DNA of 24,282 nucleotides from Candidatus Aegiribacteria sp. (GTDB lineage Bacteria > Fermentibacterota > Fermentibacteria > Fermentibacterales > JCC-6), in the NCBI GenBank assembly GCA_046498225.1, contig JAWOBF010000001.1:1-24282 (forward strand). Reading direction: 5' to 3'. Shown piece after piece: positions 7,255 through 17,571 of the stretch. The notes beneath the pieces were generated by a model. The model was not told the DNA's origin and searched no databases. It was given only the letters and a program-made list of their open reading frames with translations. The stretch's first letter is position 1; each line of letters starts with the position of its first letter. A program made the position numbers and the translations under genes.

Positions 7255-9678
7255 ATGAACAGAAGCAGGACCGTTATACTGGCCGACAGCGACACAGGGC
7301 TTCTTCAGGTTCTGGAAAAAGTCCTGAGGATGGACGGCTACCAGGTCGTTACATGCTCCTCCGGCATGGATGTGATCGCCACCGCTCTCACGTCTCCACC
7401 ATCACTGATAGCATGCGGTTACTTCCTTCCGCTCCTGGACGGTCTCAAGGTGTGCCGGTACCTGAAGAGGGAGCCCCTGGTCTCGGGGGTTCCATTCATT
7501 CTTCTGGCTCCCGGGATCGATCCCTACCTCCGGCACCGTGCCGAATGGGCCGGAGCCGACGCCGTCAGGGAGCTTCCGGTAAGAACGGAAGATTTCGTGA
7601 CCCTCTGCGCCGATCTCGCCGTTCCCGTTTCCCGGACCTCCGGCCCCGAGATAGCCCGTACGAACCCTCCCGACAGGGAGTCGATCCTGGAGAAGCTGTG
7701 CGGATACCTGGAGAACAGGATCGAGAGGCTTGAGGCCACCTGGCAGCTCACGGAGGAGCTTGGCAGGACCATGAGCGTTCGGGAGATCTTCCGCAGGATG
7801 GCAGGCGGCATACTTACCGGCCTCAGCTTCGACCGTGTCTGGCTCACCCGCTACCTTGACCAGACGGATGAACTGGTAACCGAGCTTGCCAGGGGCAGGA
7901 ACCTGGGAGAACTCTCCGGTTCGGTCTACGTAAGGGAATACACCGACCTTCCGCTGGGAATCGCTGTAAGGGAAATGACTCAGGTGGTCTCCACCGGAAT
8001 GGACCTCCCTGAGGAAAGGCTCTGGTGGGCGGGTTCAACCGACTACGTGGACACTCCGCTGGTGGCGGCCGGAAGGACGGTGGGGCTTATAAGATGCGAC
8101 AGGTCCCTGACCGGCAGGAAGATAGAGGAAAGCGACCTCGAGGCTCTCAGGCAGTACGCCGCCCATGCCGGGGAGGCTGTCCTGAACGCCATGATACTGG
8201 AGGACGCCACCGATGAGAGGGAGCAGATGTCCGCCATCATGAACAGCCTTGATTCCGGAATACTGGTGGTGGACAACACAGGAACGATAATACAGGCCAC
8301 CCCGCGGGCCGGCCGTCTGTTGGGCAAGACCGCGGATGAAATGATGGGCGAGCGAGTGCAGGAGGCGCTTCCCATGCTGGCTTCCGGCGGGGATGATTCC
8401 TTTGCGGCGGCGCTGCGCGAGGAGAGACCGGTTCTGGACCGGACGGTACGCCTGGGAAGTCCCACCGCCCCGGATGTGGTTCTCGACGTCAGCTGCATTC
8501 CCTTCCAGAGGGCGGGACGTTTCGCCGGAGCTGTAGTCATCGTGGACGACGTCACGGAGAATCACGACCTCAGGGAGAGCCTCAGAAAGAAGAACGAGCA
8601 GCTGGAGACCATCTCCGTGATAGGGAGTGAGCTGAACTCCACCCAGGACCTGGACAGGATATGCACGAAGGTGGTGCAGGCCCTGATGAGGTTCTTCCCC
8701 TCCGAGGCTATAACCGTGTTCCTGGCCGAGGGCAGCCGGGAGAATCTGGTTCCAGGTTCGGTAAAGGCCGCCGCGACGGCAGGCTACGACAGGGAAACCG
8801 ATCCGATGGGAATGGTGATCAGGATAGGCGAGACAGCCGGCCTGAGGAAGATGGAGCGAACGGAGGACGAGTTTGCCCTGGGAGTGGTCGCCAGCTGCGT
8901 CAATACCCGCAAACCGGTGAACATAAAGGAGGTCAGGCAGGACCGCAGGTACGTGAGAAACCTGCCCGGGACCAGGAGCGAGCTTTCCGTGCCCATGATA
9001 GTCCAGGACAGGGTGGTGGGAGCCATCGACATTCAGAGCCCCGCCCCGGCGAGGTTCACCGGTGAATCGGAAAGAACCGTTTCAGCCCTGGCCAACCACG
9101 CGGCCACCGCGGTGGAGAACGCTATGCTGCACTCCAGGATACTCAGCCTTGCCAGAAAGGACAAGCTCACCGGCCTGGGCAACCTGCGATACTTCGAGGA
9201 GAAACTGGACGATGAGTTCAGGAGGACCGACAGGTCCAACTTCCCCTTCTCCCTTATCATGATGGACATAGACGACTTCAAGCATTACAACGATTCCTGG
9301 GGTCATCTTATGGGGAACACACTGCTGAAGACCGTAGTCAAGGCAATGAGCAACGCTATCCGGGAGGTTGACGTGCTGATACGCTACGGAGGGGAGGAAT
9401 TCGTATGCATCCTGCCCTTCACCGGAGAGCAGGAAGCGGCTGAGATAGCTGAGAGGATAAGGAAGAAGGTAGTGGAATCCTCCTATGTAATCCCCCACTC
9501 GGAGCAGCAGCCGCTGGGAATGGTAAGTATCAGCCTGGGTGTCTCCACCTACCTCACCGACGTGGGCGACAGGGACATGCTCCTGAAGTACGCCGACCAG
9601 AGGATGTACATGGCCAAGAGAGCCGGCAAGAACAAAGTGGTGGCCCCGGCCCTGGGCAACTGCCAGTTCGCCGGCTGA
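7255..9678 (+). CDS. Diguanylate cyclase, pseudo-REC-GAF-PAS-GAF-GGDEF
   Basis: N-terminal receiver fold, GAF (TPLVAAGRTVGLI), PAS (SGILVVDNTGTI), second GAF (SELSVPMIVQDRVVGAIDIQS), DKLTGLGN, MDIDDFKHYNDSWGH, I-site REVD and active site RYGGEEF. Confidence 0.93.
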   Translation: MNRSRTVILADSDTGLLQVLEKVLRMDGYQVVTCSSGMDVIATALTSPPSLIACGYFLPLLDGLKVCRYLKREPLVSGVPFILLAPGIDPYLRHRAEWAGADAVRELPVRTEDFVTLCADLAVPVSRTSGPEIARTNPPDRESILEKLCGYLENRIERLEATWQLTEELGRTMSVREIFRRMAGGILTGLSFDRVWLTRYLDQTDELVTELARGRNLGELSGSVYVREYTDLPLGIAVREMTQVVSTGMDLPEERLWWAGSTDYVDTPLVAAGRTVGLIRCDRSLTGRKIEESDLEALRQYAAHAGEAVLNAMILEDATDEREQMSAIMNSLDSGILVVDNTGTIIQATPRAGRLLGKTADEMMGERVQEALPMLASGGDDSFAAALREERPVLDRTVRLGSPTAPDVVLDVSCIPFQRAGRFAGAVVIVDDVTENHDLRESLRKKNEQLETISVIGSELNSTQDLDRICTKVVQALMRFFPSEAITVFLAEGSRENLVPGSVKAAATAGYDRETDPMGMVIRIGETAGLRKMERTEDEFALGVVASCVNTRKPVNIKEVRQDRRYVRNLPGTRSELSVPMIVQDRVVGAIDIQSPAPARFTGESERTVSALANHAATAVENAMLHSRILSLARKDKLTGLGNLRYFEEKLDDEFRRTDRSNFPFSLIMMDIDDFKHYNDSWGHLMGNTLLKTVVKAMSNAIREVDVLIRYGGEEFVCILPFTGEQEAAEIAERIRKKVVESSYVIPHSEQQPLGMVSISLGVSTYLTDVGDRDMLLKYADQRMYMAKRAGKNKVVAPALGNCQFAG

Positions 9679-9799
9679 CGGAGGACCCATCAGCAGTCCG
9701 GCCCGGCCTCTAGCAGCAGCCCCGCCTCTTTTGTAGATTCATTGATTAACGCCTGTCAACTCTACATACCACGGAGGATCGGTCCTGCGGAGAGGTTCA

Positions 9800-10906
9800 A
9801 TGGCATTCGATGTTGTTCTGAGATCAGGGTATGAAGGCTATTCCAGGCCCGTTATCGTATCCGCGCTGAAAGAGATGGTGGAGCTCGCCGGAGGCTGGCC
9901 GGAACGGGTCCGGGAGGGCGCCACCGTTCTTCTGAAGGTCAACATGCTCTCGGCCAAGGAGCCCGGCCGGGCCATCACCACCCATCCTGAGGTGGTGGCG
10001 GCCACCGCCGTCATCCTGCAGGAAATTGGCTGCGTTGTACAGGTCGGCGACAGCCCCGGAGGCGCGGTGAAGGGTATTGAAAGGTACTGGGACAGATGCG
10101 GCTACCGGGATATCGCGAAGGAGCTGGGACTTGAGCTGGTGAATTTCGAGAAGTCCGGATCGGTTGAGAGGAATGTCGGGGACAGTGTCTACAATATCGC
10201 CGGACCTCTGTTTGAAGCCGATGTGCTGATAAACATGTGCAAGTTCAAGACCCACGGCCTATGCAGGCTGACCAACGCGGTGAAGAACGCTTTCGGCGCT
10301 GTTCCCGGCCTTGGGAAGGCCGTTCTCCACAGCAGGGCGGTCAGGCCCGCCGACTTCGCCGAGGTGGTGGTGGACGTATACTCCGTCGTTCCCTTCCAGC
10401 TTCACGTTATGGACGCGATAGTGGCCATGGACGGCAAGGGCCCCAGTACCGACGGGAATCCCAGGCCGGACGGTATTCTCGGGGTTTCCCGTGACGGGGT
10501 GTGCCTGGATATGGTCATGGCCGGTCTGGCCGGACTGGACCCTCTGGACCTGAGAACGAACAGGGCTGCCCTGAAAAGGGGCCTGGGCAAGAGGCCGGGG
10601 GATATTTCGGTGAGCGGTCTCTCTGAGTGTGCCCTGGAAGATTTCATCATTCCCGGGGAGAGTTTCTACAACCTCCTTCCCCCTTTCATCGGAGACATGG
10701 CCAGGTTCCTTTTCAAGAGACCCCCGTCCGCCGGCGATAACTGTACCGGATGCGGCATTTGCGCAAGGGCCTGCCCGGTGGGGGCCATCACCCTTGTGGA
10801 CGGGAAGGCAGTGATGAACAGAAGGAAATGCATCATGTGCCTGTGCTGCCACGAGCTGTGCCCGGAGAGGGCGATCACCGTCAGAGTGCCTTTGGGAAGG
10901 GGCTGA
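9800..10906 (+). CDS. DUF362 domain protein with C-terminal 2x[4Fe-4S] ferredoxin
   Basis: VLLKVNML..TTHPEVV, VGDSPG, KFKTH..LTNAVKNAFG, MDG.GP. Ferredoxin motifs CTGCGICARACP and CIMCLCCHELCP. Confidence 0.9.
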   Translation: MAFDVVLRSGYEGYSRPVIVSALKEMVELAGGWPERVREGATVLLKVNMLSAKEPGRAITTHPEVVAATAVILQEIGCVVQVGDSPGGAVKGIERYWDRCGYRDIAKELGLELVNFEKSGSVERNVGDSVYNIAGPLFEADVLINMCKFKTHGLCRLTNAVKNAFGAVPGLGKAVLHSRAVRPADFAEVVVDVYSVVPFQLHVMDAIVAMDGKGPSTDGNPRPDGILGVSRDGVCLDMVMAGLAGLDPLDLRTNRAALKRGLGKRPGDISVSGLSECALEDFIIPGESFYNLLPPFIGDMARFLFKRPPSAGDNCTGCGICARACPVGAITLVDGKAVMNRRKCIMCLCCHELCPERAITVRVPLGRG

Positions 10907-10907
10907 T

Positions 10908-11834
10908 ATGCCCGACCGCGGAAGACCCGCTTTTACCCATCGGGTAGAGTACGCCGTTCTTCGGACAGTGATATTCCTGGCGGGACTGCTTCCGCTGAGG
11001 CTGGCCCTTGAAGCGGGGGCATTCCTGGGCTGGACGGCATGGACCGTATTCGGAGTGAGGAAGCGTATCGTGCTGACCAACCTCCGGCAGGCTTTCCCGG
11101 AAATGAGTGAAAAGGAACGCAGGAGCACCGGAAGGGATTCCTACATGAACTCCGGCAGGTTCATGATGGAGTTCGCCAGGCAGGAGCGGATGGGGGAGGA
11201 TTACGTCCTCCGACATGTGGAGGTGGAGGACCCCCGGCGGCTGAAGGCGCTGAAAGAACTGGAAGGTGCGCTCCTGATAACAGGTCATTTCGGCAACTGG
11301 GAACTTTTCGGCGTCACCTGCAGGTATATGCTGGGGGACGTCTCCTTCCTGGTCGGAAGGCAGAGCAACAGTCTGGTGGACCGCTACATCAACCGGTTGA
11401 GGTCCATTCACGGCATAGAGCTTTACAACAGGCGAACGGCGGTGAAGGGCGTTCTCAGCTCGATAAGGCGCGGCGGGTACGTCTGCTGGCTCTCCGATCA
11501 GGACGCGGGAGACAGCGGCCTGGTAGTTGATTTCTTCGGCTACCCGGCCTCCACGCCCAGAGGGGCGGCGGCGTTCTCGGTCAGGCTGGGCGTCCCGGTG
11601 ATGCCCGCGGCACTGGTGAGGAAGGGGAAGGGGCCGGACCATATCCTGGTCCTGGGAGAACCGGTCTACCCGGAGCCGGACCTTTCCAGGGAGGAAGCGG
11701 AAGCACGTTTGACAGCGGAGTACACATCAGGACTGGAGGAGATGGTAAGGACAAGGCCCGACCTCTACTGGTGGGCCCACAGGAGATGGAAAAGTACGGG
11801 ATTGTATTCCCGGCAACGGGAGCGGGATGATTAG
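10908..11834 (+). CDS. Lipid A lauroyl/late acyltransferase family (LpxL/HtrB-like)
   Basis: N-terminal anchor, NLRQAFPE, GHFGNWE catalytic motif, LSDQD, VDFFG, PDLYWWAHRRWK. Confidence 0.88.
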   Translation: MPDRGRPAFTHRVEYAVLRTVIFLAGLLPLRLALEAGAFLGWTAWTVFGVRKRIVLTNLRQAFPEMSEKERRSTGRDSYMNSGRFMMEFARQERMGEDYVLRHVEVEDPRRLKALKELEGALLITGHFGNWELFGVTCRYMLGDVSFLVGRQSNSLVDRYINRLRSIHGIELYNRRTAVKGVLSSIRRGGYVCWLSDQDAGDSGLVVDFFGYPASTPRGAAAFSVRLGVPVMPAALVRKGKGPDHILVLGEPVYPEPDLSREEAEARLTAEYTSGLEEMVRTRPDLYWWAHRRWKSTGLYSRQRERDD

Positions 11835-11846
11835 AGGGAAACAGAA

Positions 11847-12980
<1,134 letters not shown>

Positions 12981-12981
12981 G

Positions 12982-13962
12982 ATGCCGGTCTCACAGGCTG
13001 TTCTGGGGTGCGGAAGGTGGGGCAGTTTTCACCTCTGGTACGGCCACAGGGCCGGCAACAGCGTCGTGGGCTGGGAGCCTCCGGGCAATCCGGACTTCCG
13101 GCGGCTTCGCGAGACCCGGAAGAACAGCTACCTTCGTCTTCCCGACCCGGTCCTGCTCACCGAGGACCTGGAGGAGGTCGTCGGCTCTGACGTCATCATC
13201 GTCACCGTGCCCGCGCAGCGTTTCAGGGAACTCTGCATGACGCTGTCCCGCCTCGACCTGTCGGGTTCCGACCTGGTACTCTGCATGAAGGGTATCGAGA
13301 GAGGTACCGGCATGAGACTCTCGGAGATAGCACGGGAGCAGGGGCTGAAACCCCGAAGCATTTCGGTCTGGGTGGGGCCCGGACATCCCCAGCAGTTCGT
13401 GGCAGGCGTTCCGAGCTGCATGATAATCGCGTCGAAGGAGGAGAGGGACTCCATTCGAATATCCGGTATCTTCGGCACGGACCTCATCCGCTTCTACAGG
13501 TCGCGTGACCTGATAGGGTGCGAGGTGGGGGCGGCCACCAAGAACGTTGTGGGAATAGCGGCCGGAATGCTCGACGGGCTGAACCTCTCGGGGCTCAAGG
13601 GAGCCCTGATGGCCAGGGCGCCCCAGGAGGTAGCCAGGCTGGTGAAGGCCCTGGGAGGTGACTGGAGAAGCGTATACGGCCTATCCCATCTGGGGGATTA
13701 CGAGGCTACCCTCTTCTCGCCGTTCAGCCATAACAGGATGTACGGAGAGGCGCTGGCGGGAGGGGCGGCCCACCGGGTCCCCAGGCTGGCCGAGGGTGTG
13801 GACACCGCCGCCGCCACCGTTCAGCTTGCTGAATCCTGCGGTGTGGAGATGCCCATAACCGATACCGTGAGAAGGATAATCAAGGGGGAGATTCCTGTCA
13901 GAGAGGCCCTGGGAGAACTCTTCTCGAGGCCTGAGAAGGAAGAATTCACCGACAGCTTCTGA
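12982..13962 (+). CDS. gpsA: NAD(P)H-dependent glycerol-3-phosphate dehydrogenase (variant subfamily)
   Basis: Rossmann GCGRWG, KGIE, DLIGCEVGAATKNVVGIAAG, GALMAR, LGD....S..SHNR, AEGV, VEMPI. Start is ATG 12982, immediately after the upstream stop. Confidence 0.85.
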   Translation: MPVSQAVLGCGRWGSFHLWYGHRAGNSVVGWEPPGNPDFRRLRETRKNSYLRLPDPVLLTEDLEEVVGSDVIIVTVPAQRFRELCMTLSRLDLSGSDLVLCMKGIERGTGMRLSEIAREQGLKPRSISVWVGPGHPQQFVAGVPSCMIIASKEERDSIRISGIFGTDLIRFYRSRDLIGCEVGAATKNVVGIAAGMLDGLNLSGLKGALMARAPQEVARLVKALGGDWRSVYGLSHLGDYEATLFSPFSHNRMYGEALAGGAAHRVPRLAEGVDTAAATVQLAESCGVEMPITDTVRRIIKGEIPVREALGELFSRPEKEEFTDSF

Positions 13963-13978
13963 AAGAGGGGAAAGAGAA

Positions 13979-15076
13979 CTGAAAGGGACCACGTACCTGG
14001 ATAACCTGACCGTGAGACCGATACTGGACGAATCCCGCAGGGCGGTGGACGACGCCTTCTCCCTGGAACTGGGAGACCCGAGGAGCGCGAACGCGGCCGG
14101 AAGGAAGGCCGTGGGTATCCTGCGGGAGCTGAAGGCCCGGCTGGCCGAACTGCTGGGCGGCGCCGAAGCGGTCTTCTTCGGTGACGGTGACATGGCCAAC
14201 GGTATGGCCGTGCTCTCGGCGGGAAGAGAGGCCCTGAAGGAGGGAAGATGCCGCCTGGTCTCCTCTCCGGTGGAGAGGTCTTCGGTGGTTGAGGCTCTGA
14301 GGGTGCTTCACCGGGAGGGCGCGAGGATAGACCTGATGGAGACGGATAACCATGGCAGAGTACTCCCCGGATCGCTGGAGTCCCTCATCGAAAGCGGCAC
14401 CGGTCTGGTTGTGTGCGTCTGGGCCGAAGGCGTCTCGGGAGTGGTGCAGCCGGTATCGGAGATAGCCGGTATGTGCAGGTCTGCGGGCGCCTGGCTTCAC
14501 TGCGACGCCTGTTTCGCCGCGGGGAGGATACCGGTGGACCTGACCGCCGCCGGCGTCGATTCGGCAGCTGTCTCATCTCTCCAGCTTGGAGGCCCTCCGG
14601 GAAGCGCCGCCGTGATACTGCGCGACCATCACCCCTGGCCCATGAATGCTGTACCGGAGTTCACGTTCAGCGCCAACATACCCTCCATATGCGGAATGGT
14701 GGCGGCCATGGAGACTACGCTGGCGGAGATGGATACGGGAACCAGGATAGTCAACACCCTCAGGGAGGATATTCTCTCGGGGCTTGACTCCCGCGGTCCC
14801 ACCTACTCTATCATTGGCGGAGGACTGGAGCGCACACTGCCGGGAACGGCGCTCCTCCGCCTGAACAGACTGGTTGACAAACTCCACCTGAGAATGGAGG
14901 ATGAGGGTATAGTGCTGCCGTCGCACAATTCGTCCCGAAGGCTGTCCTTCCTCAGGAGGACCGGGAGGGACATCACCCATCCCGACAGGTACCTGGGGTT
15001 CAGCATCGATACGCGCAACACAGGCGTGGACATAGCGCATTTCGTTAGATCGCTCACCGACGCCTGCGGCAGATGA
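13979..15076 (+). CDS. NifS/IscS cysteine-desulfurase-like (class V PLP fold) protein with degenerate active site
   Basis: In-frame TYLDN lies upstream of the ORF-track GTG, implying a CTG start at 13979 with GAGGGG RBS 8 nt upstream. Also GDP.S, EGVSGVVQPV.EI, LHCDA..AAGRIPVD and GGPPG. The PLP Lys and catalytic Cys appear absent. Confidence 0.75.
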   Translation: MKGTTYLDNLTVRPILDESRRAVDDAFSLELGDPRSANAAGRKAVGILRELKARLAELLGGAEAVFFGDGDMANGMAVLSAGREALKEGRCRLVSSPVERSSVVEALRVLHREGARIDLMETDNHGRVLPGSLESLIESGTGLVVCVWAEGVSGVVQPVSEIAGMCRSAGAWLHCDACFAAGRIPVDLTAAGVDSAAVSSLQLGGPPGSAAVILRDHHPWPMNAVPEFTFSANIPSICGMVAAMETTLAEMDTGTRIVNTLREDILSGLDSRGPTYSIIGGGLERTLPGTALLRLNRLVDKLHLRMEDEGIVLPSHNSSRRLSFLRRTGRDITHPDRYLGFSIDTRNTGVDIAHFVRSLTDACGR

Positions 15077-16272
15077 AAGGACCGGGTGATCCGAGGATGT
15101 TCCGAATACTTGCAGTCCTTGCCATCCTGCTCGCCCCGAATTCGCTGCGGGCCGCGGAGAGTCCGGAGAGCAGGTTCTTCTGGGTGGTCAGGGACGGTCT
15201 CGACACCCCCGGTTCCATAGACTCCATTGTGGAAAGGGCGGCGGAGGCCGGGGCCAACGGACTGATGGTGCAGGTGGTGGGCAGGGGAGAGGCGTACTAC
15301 GGCTCCTCCATGCTTCCTCCGGCCTCCTTTCGGGAGGGTTTCGATCCCCTTGCGTACATGGTATCCCGTGCCCGGCCCAGGGGCATTGAAGTACACGCCT
15401 GGGTCAACGCCTTCCTCGTCTGGTCCGCGGAATCGCCGCCGGCGGATTCCGCCCACGTCTGGCATTCCAGACCCGAATGGTTCATGACCGACAGGTACGG
15501 CCGGTCCACCCGGGACTATTCCAGGTTCGAGTGTGAATCCGCCGGCCTGGTGGGGGCCACACTCTCCCCCGCGCTGCCGGAGGTACGGGAATTCCTGGCC
15601 GACGTGGCTTCTGAGATAGCCGTGAACTACGAAGTGGACGGGATACATCTTGATTACATAAGGTATCCGAATCCCTCCTTCGGTTTCGAGCCGGAAGCGA
15701 TGGGAGCGTTTTACCTGAAAACCGGCCTTGACCCTCTGGATGTTTTCAGACGGCATCAGGGGACGGGCGCGGTGGCGGAGAAGTGGTCTGACTGGAAGCG
15801 GGAGATGGTTACCGCCACGGTACAGACCGTGAGGGCCGTGCTCAGGAGCGACGCTCCCGGTGTGCTCCTTTCAGCGGCGGTAATGGCGGACCCCATGGAA
15901 GCCGCATCCCATTATGCATCCGACTGGGTCTACTGGCTGGAAGCGGGGCTGGTGGATTTCGTGTGTCCCATGGCGTACACCACGAGTACCGCCAGAGCCC
16001 TGGAGCTGGCCGGCCTGGTGACAACCGTTCGACCGGAGAGGGTGGTCTATGGCATCGGCATCTACAATCAGTCAATTCCGGGAGCCCTAGCCGGCGCTGC
16101 GGAAGCTCTTTCCCGGGGTGCGGGCGGAGTCTGCGTGTTCAGTCTGAACTCGCTGGATCCCGACAGCGCCTGGAAGCTGCGCAACTTCTGGGGGGAGACG
16201 GGAAGCCCGGACCGCCCGCCGGCCGTTTCACTGTTTCACAGGGTTTCTTCGGGGAATGAGGCTGTACATTGA
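15073..16272 (+). CDS. Exported GHL10 / DUF187 (YddW-DigH-like) glycoside hydrolase
   Basis: Signal-like segment FRILAVLAILLAPNSLRA (alternative start ATG 15097). QVVGRGEAYY.S, FDPL....GIEVHAWVN, LSPALPEVR, YEVDGIHLDYIRYP, DW..WLEAGLVDFVCPMAY. Confidence 0.85.
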   Translation: MKGPGDPRMFRILAVLAILLAPNSLRAAESPESRFFWVVRDGLDTPGSIDSIVERAAEAGANGLMVQVVGRGEAYYGSSMLPPASFREGFDPLAYMVSRARPRGIEVHAWVNAFLVWSAESPPADSAHVWHSRPEWFMTDRYGRSTRDYSRFECESAGLVGATLSPALPEVREFLADVASEIAVNYEVDGIHLDYIRYPNPSFGFEPEAMGAFYLKTGLDPLDVFRRHQGTGAVAEKWSDWKREMVTATVQTVRAVLRSDAPGVLLSAAVMADPMEAASHYASDWVYWLEAGLVDFVCPMAYTTSTARALELAGLVTTVRPERVVYGIGIYNQSIPGALAGAAEALSRGAGGVCVFSLNSLDPDSAWKLRNFWGETGSPDRPPAVSLFHRVSSGNEAVH

Positions 16273-17030
16273 GACTGGGAGTCCTGGCCAGCGGAAGCAG
16301 GGGCAACGCGTTCGTGGTGGAGCATGACGGATGCTCCATTTTCATAGACGCGGGGCTCAGCGGCAAACGCCACTCGGAGCGGCTCCTGCTGTCCGGGTTC
16401 CCGGACGTCAGGCCCCAGCTGCTTCTTCTGAGCCATGAGCATTCCGACCACTCGAAGGGCGCCGGAGTCCTGGCCAGGAAGTGGGGAATACCGATCTGCG
16501 CCACACTGGGTACCCTTGAGGCCTGCGGAAGAACGCTGGGGCGCATACCGGGGGCCGAGGTACTGGAGAACGGATCGGGCATCGATCTGGGCCGGTTCAC
16601 GGTGACTGCCTTCAGCGTCGCCCATGATGCGGCTGACCCTTCCGGTTACATCATTGAATGGGATTGCGGCAGGCTGGGCATCGCCACGGACCTGGGCAGA
16701 TCCAGCTCTCTGGTGGAGGAGAGCCTTTCAGACTGCACCGCGGTCGTGCTGGAGTTCAACCACGACGAGGATATGCTCTGGGGAGGCAGCTACCCCTGGA
16801 GCCTCAAGCAGAGGATAGCGTCCACCACCGGCCACCTCTCCAATGATTCGGCCTCGGAACTTCTGGCCGCAGTTTACCATAGAAACCTCGGGACCTGTGT
16901 CCTGGCGCATCTCAGCCAGGAGAACAATCTGCCGCAGCTGGCGGAGAAGGCCTCCAGGGAAGTCGCGGGAGGAAACGTTAATATCCTGACCGGCAGCCAG
17001 GACATCCCTCTGCCGGCACTGGATCTTTAA
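16269..17030 (+). CDS. MBL-fold metallo-hydrolase, YycJ/WalJ-like
   Basis: LASGSRGNA, IDAG, SHEHSDH, HDAADP.G, TDLG, LEFNHD, YPWSLKQRI, GHLSN, LAHLSQENN. TTG start overlaps the upstream TGA. Confidence 0.9.
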   Translation: MRLGVLASGSRGNAFVVEHDGCSIFIDAGLSGKRHSERLLLSGFPDVRPQLLLLSHEHSDHSKGAGVLARKWGIPICATLGTLEACGRTLGRIPGAEVLENGSGIDLGRFTVTAFSVAHDAADPSGYIIEWDCGRLGIATDLGRSSSLVEESLSDCTAVVLEFNHDEDMLWGGSYPWSLKQRIASTTGHLSNDSASELLAAVYHRNLGTCVLAHLSQENNLPQLAEKASREVAGGNVNILTGSQDIPLPALDL

Positions 17031-17043
17031 GGAGGTATCTGCA

Positions 17044-17571
17044 TTGAAACTGGCCATGATACTGGCGTTTTCCGCCGCTCTGACCGCAGCGGCCGTCAAC
17101 GTCGACCTGTCCGCGGGTACGGGTCTGTCCTACCCTACCGGGAAGTGGGGCAACAGCCTGAATACAGGGATCGACGCGGGGCTTCACGCCCTGTGGGCGC
17201 CCACCCGGTCGCTGAGAGCGGGACTGGGCCTTTCCGTGAGCGTGTTCGGAAGCAGTGACATGGGCACGGCGAGCCTGACCCATCTGAAGCCCCGGTTGAT
17301 GGCGGGCTACTACCTCAGGCCCTGGGGGAACGTCTTCAATCCGGGGTTCGTCTGTTCCTTCGGCATATGCCGAAGCTCCCTGAGCAACAGCGGGGGAAGC
17401 GACCCCGCCACCTGGGACCCGTTCTGGTCGGCGGGATTCAGGTGGAACTTCAGCGTGGGAGGCGGATTCAGGGGAGAGACCGGCTTCGATTACTCCAGCA
17501 TAATGGCCGAGATGCAGAGCGGCGACTCCTTCACTCTCCGGTTCGGAATATCCAGGGAGGTGACGCTGTGA
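17044..17571 (+). CDS. Putative small outer-membrane beta-barrel protein
   Basis: AAGGAGG RBS with TTG start, signal peptide, and alternating Gly/aromatic amphipathic strands (GIDAGLH, LMAGYY, WSAGFRWNF, FTLRFGI). Confidence 0.65.
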   Translation: MKLAMILAFSAALTAAAVNVDLSAGTGLSYPTGKWGNSLNTGIDAGLHALWAPTRSLRAGLGLSVSVFGSSDMGTASLTHLKPRLMAGYYLRPWGNVFNPGFVCSFGICRSSLSNSGGSDPATWDPFWSAGFRWNFSVGGGFRGETGFDYSSIMAEMQSGDSFTLRFGISREVTL

